From NCBI RefSeq assembly GCF_964213995.1, contig NC_135805.1, positions 66,774,001-66,838,000 on the forward strand: DNA of 64,000 nt, given 5' to 3'. Within the stretch, counting starts at the first letter, position 1; each line of letters begins with the position of its first letter. This DNA is from Mustelus asterias (taxonomy: Eukaryota). A program made the translations under genes and the position numbers. This document shows positions 1-11,240 of this stretch, in pieces. The notes under the pieces were generated by a model. It worked only from the letters and a program-made list of their open reading frames with translations, was not told the origin of the DNA and ran no database searches.

Positions 1-123
1 ACCTATTGGCAGCAGCTACTGCTTGAACTGCAGAGGTTGCTGAAGGATGAGCAGAGCTTACCCAGAAGCTGCTCTATTCCTCATCAACTCATTTTCTTAT
101 ACATGTGTTAACTCCTAACTAAC

Positions 124-449
124 TTAGAACCATAGAATCCTACTGTACAGAAGGAGGCCATTCGGCCCCTCGAGTCTGCACCGACCACAATCCCCCCCAG
201 GCCTTATAAATGTAACCCCATGTATTTACTCTTCTAATCCCCTGACGCTAGGGTCAATTTAGCATGGCCAATCCACCTAACCTTCACATCTTTGAACTGT
301 GGGAGAAACTGGAACATCTGGAGGAAGCCCACACAGACATGGAGAGAATGTACAAACTCCACACAGACAGTCACCCAAGGCTGGAATTGAACCCGGATCC
401 CTGGAGCTGTGAGGCAGTAGTGCTAACCACTATGTCACTGTGCTGCCCA
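124..449 (-). mobile_element. HE1-type V-SINE with CR1-like tail
   Basis: Minus strand has a tRNA-like head (GTGGTTAGCAC...GGTTCAATTCC), a V-domain-like core and a GGCCTCCTTCTGT...TTCTATG tail; homologous to many copies in the window. Confidence 0.9.
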
Positions 450-532
450 CATAGGCAAGGGGCCTAATGCCTGCTTTATGGAGCCACACCAATGCTTAAA
501 ACAATGGGCCTGATGAATATATAACAACACTA

Positions 533-920
533 ATATTTATATAGGGCCTTCAACATAATAAAATGTCCCTAGTTGCTTTACAGGAGCATTATAAAACAAA
601 ATTTAACACCGAGTCATGTTTGATGGCATTAGCACAGATGGCCAAAGACTTGGTGAAAGCAATATCTTTTATGGAATATTTTACGGAGGAGAGAGAAGTG
701 GAGAGAATTGGGGAAGGAATTTCAAAGTTTAGGGCCTCGGTAGCTGAAGTCACAACCACCAGTGGTGGAGCAAGTAAAATCAGGGATGTTCAAGAGGCCA
801 AAATTAGAGGAGCACAATTAGCTCAGAGCATTGTGAGTCTGGAAGAGATTTCAGAGATGGAGAGAGGCAAGGACAAGCGGGGATTTGAAAACAAGGATGA
901 GAATTTTTAAAATGTAGGCA
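533..920 (-). mobile_element. Degenerate L2 LINE 3' end
   Basis: Minus strand resembles the L2 C-terminal GG.AFS..GP.LWNSLP region and ends in an L2-like tail; homologous to 23990-24305. Confidence 0.65.
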
Positions 921-2047
921 CCTGAATAATTGTGCAGATTGGGTACAGCTTGTTGCACTGCTAAAGTTGTCATAGTTATACCCGTTTTACATCCAAAGTA
1001 ATTGGGGCATACATACCAATTTCTACTGCATTGGAGAGACTGTCAGTTTTGAAGAGGACTCTGAGTAGTGGGACTTTTTCCTCTGGCACGACACTTAAGC
1101 AAAGTCCCAAATGCAACCTAAACCTTGAAGCTGAATTCCTTTCTTTGATCAAATATAAGCCATATAAAGTTATTCACTCAGATCATATTTCAGGGTCAAA
1201 ACTCCTCTGGATTTGAAGACAGGCTGAACAGTGAAACAGAAGACTTACGTCAGCTGATTTAATTTTCATGTTTTTTTGCTGTTGATAAGAAATGTTCAGG
1301 ACATCTGTGGGCCTGATAACTTAATACTGCGTAATATGAACTGAATGTATGCTCTTGCCCCAGTGCAAAGATCTACCAAAAACACAGTTTACCAGCTAAT
1401 TGCATCCAAATCAATCTGAGTAGAAATTGCAGGGGTTTTTTTCAACAAAAGCATATATTTATAAAGCACCTGAAAGTAAATAAAACACCCAAGGCACATC
1501 ACAGAGGCAGTATAAAATGAAGTCAAATTGACAAAGGTAGCCTTGAGGATGCACGCATATGTTTTGGAACCAAGCAGGAAATAGGCTAGACCTGGTAATG
1601 TGCAATGAGATAGGATTAATTAACAAACTCTTAGTAAAGAATCCTCTAGGCAAGCATCGTGATAACATGATTGAATTTCACATTCAGTTTGAGTCTGAAA
1701 ACTAATGCCTTAAACTTCAATAAAGGCAGTTACATAGGTATAAAGCCAGAGGTGACTGCAGTGGACTGAGAAATTAGGTTAAAGATAAGACAGTAGATAA
1801 GCATTGGCAGACATTTAGAGAGATATTTCATAACTCTCATCAATTATATATTCCATTGAGAAAGAACAACTCCATGAGAAGGATGTGTCATCAGTGACTA
1901 AGGAAGTTGAAAGAAAAGGCATAAAATGCTGTGAAAATTATTTGTATGGCAGAAGATTGGGAACATTTTAGGAACCATAAAGGCTAACTAAAAAAAGGGG
2001 GAAATTGGAGTATGAGAGAAAATCTAGCAAAACATATAAAAACAGAG

Positions 2048-2249
2048 ACCAAAAGAGAAAATGGTGGAAAATCTCAGCAGGTCTGGCAGCATCTGTAAGG
2101 AGAGAAAAGAGCTGACAGCTTTGACAAAGGGTCATCTGGACTCGAAACGTCAGCTCTTTTCTCCCTTTACAGATGCTGCCAAACCTGCTTAGATGTTCCA
2201 GTGTTTTCTCGTTTGGTTTCAGATTCCAGATCTGCAGTAATTTGCCTTT
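2048..2249. mobile_element. Penelope-like terminus, family B, inverted-repeat insertion with hammerhead motif
   Basis: Arms at about 2048-2116 and 2149-2220 are reverse complements; hammerhead-like motif at 2117-2155; 14-bp TSD ATATAAAAACAGAG at 2034-2047 and 2250-2263. Confidence 0.8.
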
Positions 2250-2300
2250 ATATAAAAACAGAGCTTTTACAAGTATATAAAAAGGAAGAGAGTAGCTAAA

Positions 2301-2870
2301 GAACATAAGAACATAAGAACATAAGAAATAGGAGCAGGAGTAGGCCATCTAGCCCCTCGAGCCTGCCTCGCCATTCAATAAGATCATGGCTGATCTGAAG
2401 TGGATCAGTTCCACTTACCCGCCTGATCCCCATAACCCCTAATTCTCTTACCGATCAGGAATCCATCTATCCGTGATTTAAACATATTCAACGAGGTAGC
2501 CTCCACCACTTCAATGAGCAGAGAATTCCAGAGATTCACCACCCTCTGAGAGAAGAAGTTCCTCCTCAACTGTGTCCTAAACTGACCCCCCTTTATTTTG
2601 AGGCTGTGCCCTCTAGTTCTAGTTTCCTTTCTAAGTGGAAAGAATCTCTCCACCTCTACCCTATCCAGCCCCTTCATTATCTTATAGGTCTCTATAAGAT
2701 CCCCCCTCAGCCTTCTGAATTCCAACGAGTACAACCCAATCTGCTCAGTCTCTCCTCATAATCAACACCCCTCATCTCTGGTATCAACCTGGTGAACCTT
2801 CTCTGCACTCCCTCCAAGGCCAATATATCCTTCCGCAAATAAGGCGACCAATACTGCACACAGTATTCCA
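2301..2870 (-). mobile_element. 5'-truncated CR1 LINE (RT C-terminus plus 3' UTR)
   Basis: ORFs 2405-2734 and 2707-3009 contain EYCVQYWSPY, RRLRGDLIETYKI and FFSQRVVNLWNSL; (TTCTTATG)n tail. Confidence 0.92.
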
Positions 2871-3507
2871 TTGGTAAACATTGGTCCACAGTATTCCAAA
2901 GTAAACATTGGTCCCTTAGGGGATGAAACGAGGGAATTAGTACTGGGAAGAAAGAAATGGCAGAGACATTGAACAAGTATTTTTTATTTGTCTTTACAGT
3001 AAAATACATAAATGAATCTCATGAATAGGAGAAAGCCTAAAGTGGAGGAGGAATTTAAAACAATCATTATCATTAGGGGAAAAAGTACTAGGAAAGATAA
3101 TGGGACTAAGGGCTGACAAGCTGTTAGACTTGCTGATCTTCATCCCCAGTAGTGGCTGCAGAGATTGTGAATGTGTTAGTTGTAATCTTTGAAAATTTCA
3201 TAGATTTTGGAAGGATCCCCAGTGGATTATAAAACGCAAATGTAAGGAATGTGTTACAAATGTAAATCTTCATAAGATGATTGTGTTTGAGTGTCTCTTT
3301 AATATAAGGAAATAGAGTGATGAAGAGAATCATATGATGCGCTACAAGTTCTGCCTGATAAGCAGCATTTGTGGCTTGGTTACCATGGAGAGCGGGGGCC
3401 CATGTCCACGGTTATTGAAATACACTTGTGAGGTTCAACACCTGAAAACAAAGGCAGAAGCTAATGTTCTTGTTGGTGCAGACTTTCTGTCTCAGAGAAA
3501 ACTAAAG

Positions 3508-3665
3508 TCAAAGCCAAATGCTGCAGATGCTGGAAATCTGAAATAGAAACAGAAAATGCTGGAAATATTCTGTCCCCTGAAGTGCAGTGTTCCATTGAAA
3601 TTCAACATAAGCTTGAAGAACAGCACCTCATCTTTTGATTAGACACTTTAGAGCCTCCTGACTCA
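3508..3665. mobile_element. Degenerate Penelope-like fragment (family-B-like tail plus GIY-YIG C-terminus)
   Basis: Plus strand 3580-3660 encodes QCSIEIQHKLEEQHLIF.LDTLEP, like PLE endonuclease C-termini; preceded by an inverted family-B tail. Confidence 0.6.
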
Positions 3666-3912
3666 TGACCTCTGCCAACAAATGCATGGGAACACCACTA
3701 CCTGCAATTTCTCCTCCAAGCCAGTTACCATCCTGGCTTGAACTATATTGCCCTTTTCTCACCGCCATTTGGTCAATATCCTAGAACTCTTGCCCTGACA
3801 GAATTATGGGTAGCTCAAGAAGACTGTACCAAAACCTTCTCAAATGCAATTAGAGATGGGCACCAAATGCTGGCCTTGCCAGCAATGTTCACACTCAAGA
3901 ATGAACAAAAAA
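3666..3912 (+). mobile_element. 3' end of an old CR1-like LINE
   Basis: Shares the GATGGGCA..AATGCTGGCC...GAATGAA tail with 15352-15545 and 59235-59900. Confidence 0.55.
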
Positions 3913-4021
3913 CCAGAGGATACAGATTTAAGGTATTTGGCAAAAGAACCAGGTGGGGAGATGAGATTAACTTTATTCATGCAGCAAGTTGTTATGATGC
4001 ACTGTCTGAAAAGATTGAATA

Positions 4022-4304
4022 GTAAAGTTAAAATTTATTTATTAGTCACAAGTAGGCTTACATTAACACCGCAATGAAGTTACTGTGAAAATCCCCTGGA
4101 CGCCACACTCCGGTGCCCATTCGGGTACACTGAGGGAGAATTTAGCATGGCCAATGCACCATGTCTTTTGGACTGTGGGAGAAAACCGGAACATCCAGAG
4201 GAAACTCATGCACACATGGGGAGAATGTGCAGACTCCACACAAACAGTGACCCAACCCAGGAATCGAACCCTGGCCTCTGGCGCTGTGAGGCAGCAGTGC
4301 TGAC
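4022..4304 (-). mobile_element. V-SINE variant with alternative (Rex1-like) tail
   Basis: HE1 head and core followed by ...CTTCATTGCGGTGTTAATGTAAGCCTACTTGTGACTAATAAATAAA. Confidence 0.85.
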
Positions 4305-4334
4305 CTTTGTGATTCATACAGGAATTGGAGAGAA

Positions 4335-4684
4335 ATTTGATTTGATTTGATTTGATTCATTATTGTCACGTGTATTAGCATACAGTGAAAAGTATTGTTC
4401 CTTGTGCGCTATACAGACAAAGCATACCGTTCACAGAGAAGGAAACAACTGCCAAATGTAGAGTTAAGTTATAGCTAGGGTATAGAGAAAGATCACCTTA
4501 GTGCAGGGTAGGTCCATTCAAAAGTCTGATGGCAGCAGGGAAGAGGCTGTTCTTGAGTCAGTTGGTACATGACCTCAGACTTTTGTATCTTTTTCCCGAC
4601 AGAAGAAGGTGGAAGAGAGAATGTCCAGGATGCGTGGGGTCCTTAATTATGCTGGTTGCTTTGCCGAGGCAGCGGGAAGCATAG
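4335..4684 (-). mobile_element. Rex1/Babar LINE 3' end
   Basis: (CAAAT)n tail and KAASIIKDP-type C-terminus shared with the longer Rex1 copies. Confidence 0.85.
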
Positions 4685-5661
4685 AAGTTGCAGAGCTACG
4701 GAGAAAGACCAGAGGATACGATTAATTTGGACAGCTCTTTCAAAAACCTGGCAAAGGTTCAATAGGTTGAATGATCTCCTGTGCTCCAGGATTCTTTGAA
4801 CCATTTGGAGTCTCGGCATCATGTCATTTTAAGTAGTATTTACCCATCACATATCAGGTTTGAGTACATGAGCGTGAATGATACTGCAAATTATACATTC
4901 TTGTTAAAGTCACAAAAGAGTACACTGATATAGCAGCAGAGCACAACACTGACATTTTCTCTTTGACTTCTGGCTTTCCATCATGACACAGGTACATTCT
5001 TGTTTTTTGCCTCCAATCAGAAACCTGCAATAAAGGTGAATTAATATTAATAAAATTACAAAATGGAACATGATTCGAAATACTCAAATAATACAATTGT
5101 AAATGCTGTAGCCAGTGTGGAAATGAACAATAATGGTTCAAATTGCAAACTTGGATATCAGGACACAGGAACATCTCATTTTATCATGTGTAGTATCATG
5201 AATATTCAAAGTGAGTGAATATTTCTACTTACTGTGCTATTATTTATATCTACCTAAATAGTTTCACAGACTTATATGACTTCTGCATCATAAAAATTAA
5301 ATCAAGTAGATTTCTTTTCCTCACTACCCAATTAATGGGATTAACACCTTATTATATTTTTAAGGGTTAAACCTGTGCCATCAACATATAATAAAATGCT
5401 AATCCCTCTGATCAGAAAGGTTGAGAAAGCAGATTAAGTGGCTGTATTCCCCCAGTTCCTATTACTGAAAAAGTCTCAACAGCTCTAGTTTGAAGAAGAT
5501 TCTAAAATTTGTGAGTGGTAGCCTAAAATCAGTCTACAGGACAAGAGTAAAATTTGCTTGCTATATTGAAACAATTGAATTGGCATTATTTCTTGAGCCA
5601 TTCAGGTGATTTAGATTCAATCCTCAATTTGCCTATCTCACCCAGGTAATTAAATTTTGTA

Positions 5662-6032
5662 CAGAAAATGCTGGAAAATCACAGCAGATCTGATAGCATC
5701 TGTGGAGAGAGAACAGAAAGAAGTCGCACAACACCAGGTTAAAGTCCAACAGGTTTATTTGGTAGCACAAGCTTTCGGAGTGTTGCTCCTTCTTCAGGTG
5801 AGTGAAGGGTTGTGTTCACAAACAGGGCATACATAGACACAGACTCAATTTACAAGATAATGGTTGGAATGCAAGTCTTTACAGGTAATCAAGTCTTTAC
5901 AGGTACGGACAATGTGAGTAGAGAGAGGATTAAGCACAGACTTCTTATTGTGCTTACCCCAGTCCAACACTGGCATCTCCACATCATGGCTACCATCGAG
6001 AGAGAACAGAGCCAACATTTCAAATCTGGATG
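5662..6032 (-). mobile_element. Penelope-like terminus family B, interrupted by a family-A insertion
   Basis: GAAAATGCTGGAAAATC.CAGCAG.TCTG..AGCATCTGT, resuming after the insert as GAGAGAGAACAGAGCCAACATTTC. Confidence 0.75.
5718..5997. mobile_element. Penelope-like family A insertion (inverted piece plus forward tail) with hammerhead motif
   Basis: Minus-strand hammerhead at 5766-5800 (CAC CTGAAGA AGGAG..CTCC GAAA GCTT GTG); 13-bp TSD GAGAGAGAACAGA at 5705-5717 and 5998-6010. Confidence 0.8.
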
Positions 6033-6423
6033 ACTTAAGAGTTATAGAACTCCACAGCCTCTTTTAATATAGAGCATACCCACTGACAGAGAGAGTTACT
6101 GAGAAAAACAATCCAGCTGTATCTTGCAAGCTGCTTTTATGTTTGTCTTTGCCCAATGGCTTCCTTAGTGCACATCCTATACAGTCACATGAAAGTAAAG
6201 TCATTGGACTGTTTTAGGCTGGCTGGGGAGATCTGCTTCTTATCCATTCTCCCGGACAACTGCTGGCCTCACTGGGGGCAGGAACTGCGTTACTTGATAG
6301 CAGAAGTATGCTTCCATAGTGACAACATTGCACGTCTTCATTCTGAACACATGCTGTCATTCCCTTTGTGTGATGTCTCTGGAGTGACATCATTGCTCTA
6401 TATGCATGTACACTGGCCAAAAT

Positions 6424-6808
6424 GACCACAGTCCCTTCCATTGACTCTGTCTACACTTCACGCTACCTCAGAAAAGCAGCCAGCATAATTAAGAACACCA
6501 CGCACACTGGACATACTCTCGCCCACCTTCTTCCATTGGAAAAAAGATACAAAAGTCTGAAAACACATATCAACCGACTCAAGAACAGCTTCTTCCCTGC
6601 TGCCATCAGACTTTTGAATGGGCCTATTGTATATTAAGCTGATCTTTCTCTTCAGCCCGTCAGTAACTGCAACACTATTTTCTGCACCCTCTCCTTTCTT
6701 TCTTCCCTATGTAGTCTATGAACAGTATGTTTTTGTCTGCATAGCACACAAGAAACAATACTTTTCACTGTAGCCCAATACATGAGACAACAATAAATCA
6801 AATCAATC
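6424..6808 (+). mobile_element. Rex1/Babar LINE 3' end
   Basis: ORF 6422-6637 (SRYLRKAASIIK...NRLKNSFFPAAIRLLN); ACAATAAATCAAAT tail. Confidence 0.88.
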
Positions 6809-8437
6809 AGCCTGTCCATGCATAGATGCTGTTCCTACCATAGTGTAGCCAGTTCACAAGAAGAGCAGCTGCATATGGGAGAGGTAAACCTGGGAGGGGA
6901 ATACAGTTACCCAAAACTTGGATTGCTCACAGTGCAGGATTTCTAAATAGCAGTGTGCTTGATAGTAATTTATTGTAGAATTAATTGAAAGTGTTTGGCC
7001 TGGAAAAAAAACATTACATGTAACTGAGAATTAATCATCCGTTCAATTATTTTAAGCTTTAGGGTGAAAGCAATTTAAAAGAAAATTACATTAATGATCA
7101 CAGGTAAATAATGTGAGGTTTAAAAACCTTCAATACAGTTATACTGCCTTACCCTCCAGTCTTGCATTCTCCCGTTGGTATATGTACTGCCAATTTGTGA
7201 CGATCTTAACTTGCTGAAAACTGTTACCTTCGGATAAACTTAATTTTTCACCAGTATTGATGACTATAATTAAATTATAATAAAAAAATGCTATTCTCAG
7301 TGGTGGAAAATAAACAAAGCCATTGTAAAGCAAATTTCCTATCAGTTGTAGTTTATTGCCTCCCGGCACGGAGGGAAAATTCCAGGCCAATATCAATATT
7401 TATTTAAGTAAATATAAGGAATTCTGTTAATTGCTGACAAAGTACTTTGTAGCCTTTCCACCATAAATATGTACTTTACTGTTTCTATAAAGAGTTGTGA
7501 AGCTCATTCTGAGCACAGACTTCATCCATTCTTTTGTTTACATACTGTATTAAACAGTGTTTACCAGACCAGCAGTTGTTCTGCATTAATGGCTTGCACT
7601 TGTGAAACATGTGTACACTTTGACCTCATTAAGTCAGCCCGCTGTTTAGTTCTGGAGCATATCACCATTAAAGAGCCATCTCAACACTGAGAATTGCACA
7701 GAAACTGGGCCTTATTACAGTAATTAACAGATGAGTGTGTAAATAACTGGCTTTACTGGGCTCAGGTTTGGAGATGTTATATTCATTTTATGTCTTTGGA
7801 AGACAAAGGATGTATTCAGGATAACTTTTTTTTTACAAGGCCAGAGGTTGCCACAACTGCCAATGATGCAGCACTATTTCAAAAGCATACTTGGTGAAAG
7901 GATATGCCAGCCAGCAGGTCAATAATTAAATAAATGGGAGTTACTATTAATTCAAACAAGTCTGTTAAGTCTTTCAAGTATTTATCTTTCACTTTAACTA
8001 CTTAAAAAGACCTACCACATGTCCAAATTCACAAAAATCTTCCTGGAGATGCCATCTTATGTGTTATGTTCAAAGGGGGCTTCATCTAATTTGTTAGGTG
8101 GAGACATTAATAATTAATTTATGAAGGTTTCCGTTGAATTTTCACCATCAGTAAAGCACACATTAGTAGTGAAGTAATGATGCCTCTGGCCTCTATTCTA
8201 CTCCTCTGCAAAAATTGCTATCTCTCTTTCGACTGAAGGCCATTTTAACCTGCTTGATGGGATATGAATAATAAAACCACTAGGAGATTGTAGAATACTT
8301 TGTGCAATATTAGAACACTGGAAATTTATGAGATTTTACCCCTTACCTCAATAGAATTTCACCAAGCCAAATGTTTCTCTTTGTAGCCACTGAGTTGACT
8401 CTGATTTCACCCTGTATTTACCACATCCAGTATATTT

Positions 8438-8752
8438 TATAGAATCCCTACAGCACAGAAGGAAGCGATTTGGCCCATTGAGTCTGCACCAACTACAAAC
8501 CCACCCAGGCCCTACTCCCATAACCCTCATTTACCCAGCTAATCCCCCTGACATTAGGGTCAATTTAACATGGACAATCAACCTAACCCGCACATCTTTG
8601 GAATGTGGGAGAAAACCGGAGCACCCGGAGGAAACACATGCAGACATGGGGAAAAAGTGCAAACTCAGACTGTGACCTGAGGCCAGAATTGAACCCAGGC
8701 CCCTGGTGCTGTGAGGCAGCAGTGCTAACCGCAGTGCCACCGTGCTGCCCAA
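8438..8752 (-). mobile_element. HE1-type V-SINE
   Basis: Head, core and tail homologous to the other copies. Confidence 0.9.
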
Positions 8753-9099
8753 CATAGGAAAAAAAGCCTGTGGCTAGTGTTTCTTAAACAGTAATTTCAG
8801 TAGTTTATAACAACAAAAAGGAGGAAATGCACCTTTTTAAATGATTATTCGATTGAATGGTACATTTCTGCTTAATCCAGAATGAGGGATCTTTGGTTCA
8901 TTTTCAAGCAAAAAAAAACTGATGGTGCTTCTGTAAATTAATTAGTAATTTGTAGATTTCCAATTTTGCATTAAAATTAATTTTTAAGACCAAGTGCACT
9001 TATTTCTGATTTAAACGGACAGCTCCGCTAATGGTCTAGTGAGCAAAAAACATTACCCAGTTGAGCAGTAACTGATTCAGACCAGTAATATGAAGCACC

Positions 9100-9230
9100 A
9101 TATACATTCTCAGGACGTCCTAGTCCTGTGAAAAAGCATTTCACAGCCAATGAGGTACTTTTGAAGTTATGTGTTACACTGAAGGTAAACACAGCGGCTA
9201 ATTTTCACACAGCAAACTCCCATTAACAGA
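9100..9230 (-). mobile_element. Old SINE 3' part, probably Deu/SacSINE-like with L2-type tail
   Basis: ACAGCCAATGA.GTACTTTTTGAAGT...CACAGCAAACTCCC resembles shark Deu-domain SINE ends; recognition from memory only. Confidence 0.4.
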
Positions 9231-10272
9231 AAATCACAGGGAGCATTCATCTGCACTCCTGGCAGGGGCGGCCTCTTGTCAGTAATGCAATTTGGAAAAA
9301 CTACACCGTAAGTGTTGACAAGCTATTCAATCATGGGAGCAAGTAGCTGGTATCAGATGATGCACACTTTATTGTGAGTGCCTTTCTGGTAGGTATTGCT
9401 GAAGAACAATCTAAAGCAGCCACGTTGGATGACCACTTTTTCTCCTTTGAGAAATACTTTAGAACATCCTGAGAATGTGAATGGTGCTTCATACTTTTGG
9501 TCGGTATCCTCAGCACTCCACTGGCTTGTCTGCTAGATCATTAGAGGAGCTAGCCTGTTTTTTAAAAAAGCATCAATAAGTACATGTGGTCTTAAGAAAA
9601 TCATTTTAATGCAAAATTGAATGTACACAAATCCTAATTTACAGAAATGTTCTCAGTACTTTTTTGAAACCAGCTAAAGATCACTAATTCAGGATAAAGC
9701 AGGATATACCATTCAGTCAAATAATCATTAAATGAAGATTTATTTCCTCCTTTTGCTGTTGTATAAGAAACACCAGCTGTAGACATTTTTCTTTCTGTAT
9801 ATTGGATGTTATAACAACAGGGACAGTTGTTTCATTACTGCAGCCAGTGACAGCAATAATGAAATTAGACCTCTCACTAAATTGACTTTGGTTGCTGCAG
9901 CCAAGACAAGCAAATGACTTGGTGAAATGCTACAGAAGTTCTAAACTGCACAACATTCCGGTGATCTGTCATTTTCAGAAATTATTCTATGATTTTTCAG
10001 TGGTTGCATTATTAACACCACATCAGGACATTGGCCTCCTTGAGTTGCACTCACATTCCTGACTAGTACCTTGCAAGACTTGGGGGTGTCGGGACACCAG
10101 TCCCTGACTACAGAATTCCAAACCTCTTGCCTGCTCTTGTAGCTGTAGTATCCCTTTGGCAAGCCCAGTTAAGTTTCTGGTCAATGGTGGCTTTCAGGGT
10201 GTTGATAATGCAGGATTCACCAAGGGAAATGCCAATGAAAGTCAAACGGAGGTGGTTTGACACTCTCTTGTT

Positions 10273-10550
10273 GGCAGGTGGCACGGTGGCTAGCAGTGCT
10301 GCCTCACAATGCCAAGGACCTGGGTTCGATTCCTAGCTTAGGTCACTGTCTGTGCGTGTCTGCTTGGGTTTCCTCCGGGTGCTTTGGTTTCCTCCCATAG
10401 TCCAAAAGACGTGCTCGTAAGGTGCATTGGCCATGCTAAATTTTCCCTCCATGTACCGAACAGGTGCCGGGGTATGGTGACTCGGGGATTTTCACAGAAC
10501 TTCATTGCAATGTTAATGTCAGCCTACTTATGACTAATAAATAAACTTTA
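10273..10550 (+). mobile_element. V-SINE variant with Rex1-like tail
   Basis: GGTTCGATTCC B box, HE1 core, and CTTCATTGCAATGTTAATGTCAGCCTACTTATGACTAATAAATAAAC tail. Confidence 0.85.
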
Positions 10551-10829
10551 TTTTGATGGTCATTGCCTGGCACTTGTGTGTCACAAATAACTTGTCACTT
10601 ATCAGCCAAAGCTTAATTATTGTCTGAGTCTTCCTGCATTTGGGCATGGACTGCTTGATTATCTAAGGAGCTGCAAATAGAACTGAACACTATGCAATCA
10701 TAAGTCAATTCTGACCTTATGATGCAGCAGCTATCAATGGTTGGCTTGGGATACTACCCTGAGGAACTTCTGCAGTGATATCCTGGGATTGAAATTATTA
10801 GCTTCCTGCAACTAAAACCATCTATAGTC

Positions 10830-11240
10830 AAGGCAAAATACTGCGGAAGCTGGAATCTGAAACAAAACAGAAAATGCTGGAAAATCTCAGCAGGTCTGAC
10901 AGCATCTGTAGAGAGAGAATAGAGTAAGAAGTCTCACAACACCAGGTTAAAGTCCAACAGGTTTATTTGGTAGCGATTACCATAAGCTTTCGGAGCACTG
11001 CTCCTTTGTCAGATGGAGTGGAAATGTGGATATTTCCGCTCCATCTGACGAAGGAGCAGTGCTCCGAAAGCTTATGGTATTTGCTACCAAATAAACCTGT
11101 TGGACTTTAACCTGGTGTTGTGAGACTTCTTACTGTGTTCACCCCAGTCCAACGCTGGCATCTCCACATCGAGAGAGAATAGAGCCAATGTTTCGAGTCA
11201 GGGTGACCCTTCAAAGGGTCATCCTAACTTGAAACATTAG
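10830..11240 (-). mobile_element. Penelope-like terminus family B, interrupted by a family-A palindrome
   Basis: Homologous to 54695-54834; split at GAGAGAGAATAGAG. Confidence 0.78.
10925..11170. mobile_element. Penelope-like family A palindromic insertion with two hammerhead motifs
   Basis: Near-perfect inverted repeat 10923-11133; hammerheads at 10980-11016 (-) and 11041-11077 (+); 14-bp TSD at 10911-10924 and 11171-11184. Confidence 0.85.

Larger units (their letters stand above)
1650..3250 (+). mobile_element. Old fragmented CR1 ORF2, interrupted by younger inserts
   Basis: Decayed CR1 motifs (DHNMIEF, LNFNKG, EMAETLNKYF, DWxxANV); host of the 2048-2249 and 2301-2870 insertions. Confidence 0.7.

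Noticed and set aside
4843-5024. Minus-strand exon-like segment with a good acceptor (CCTTTATTGCAG)
   Set aside because: All three frames stop before the candidate donor; no recognisable protein.
9230-9307. 78-nt open phase-0 exon candidate (KITGSIHLHSWQGRPLVSNAIWKNYT) with a GTAAGT donor
   Set aside because: The acceptor lies in an old SINE, the peptide is unrecognised and there are no partner exons; expected by chance.
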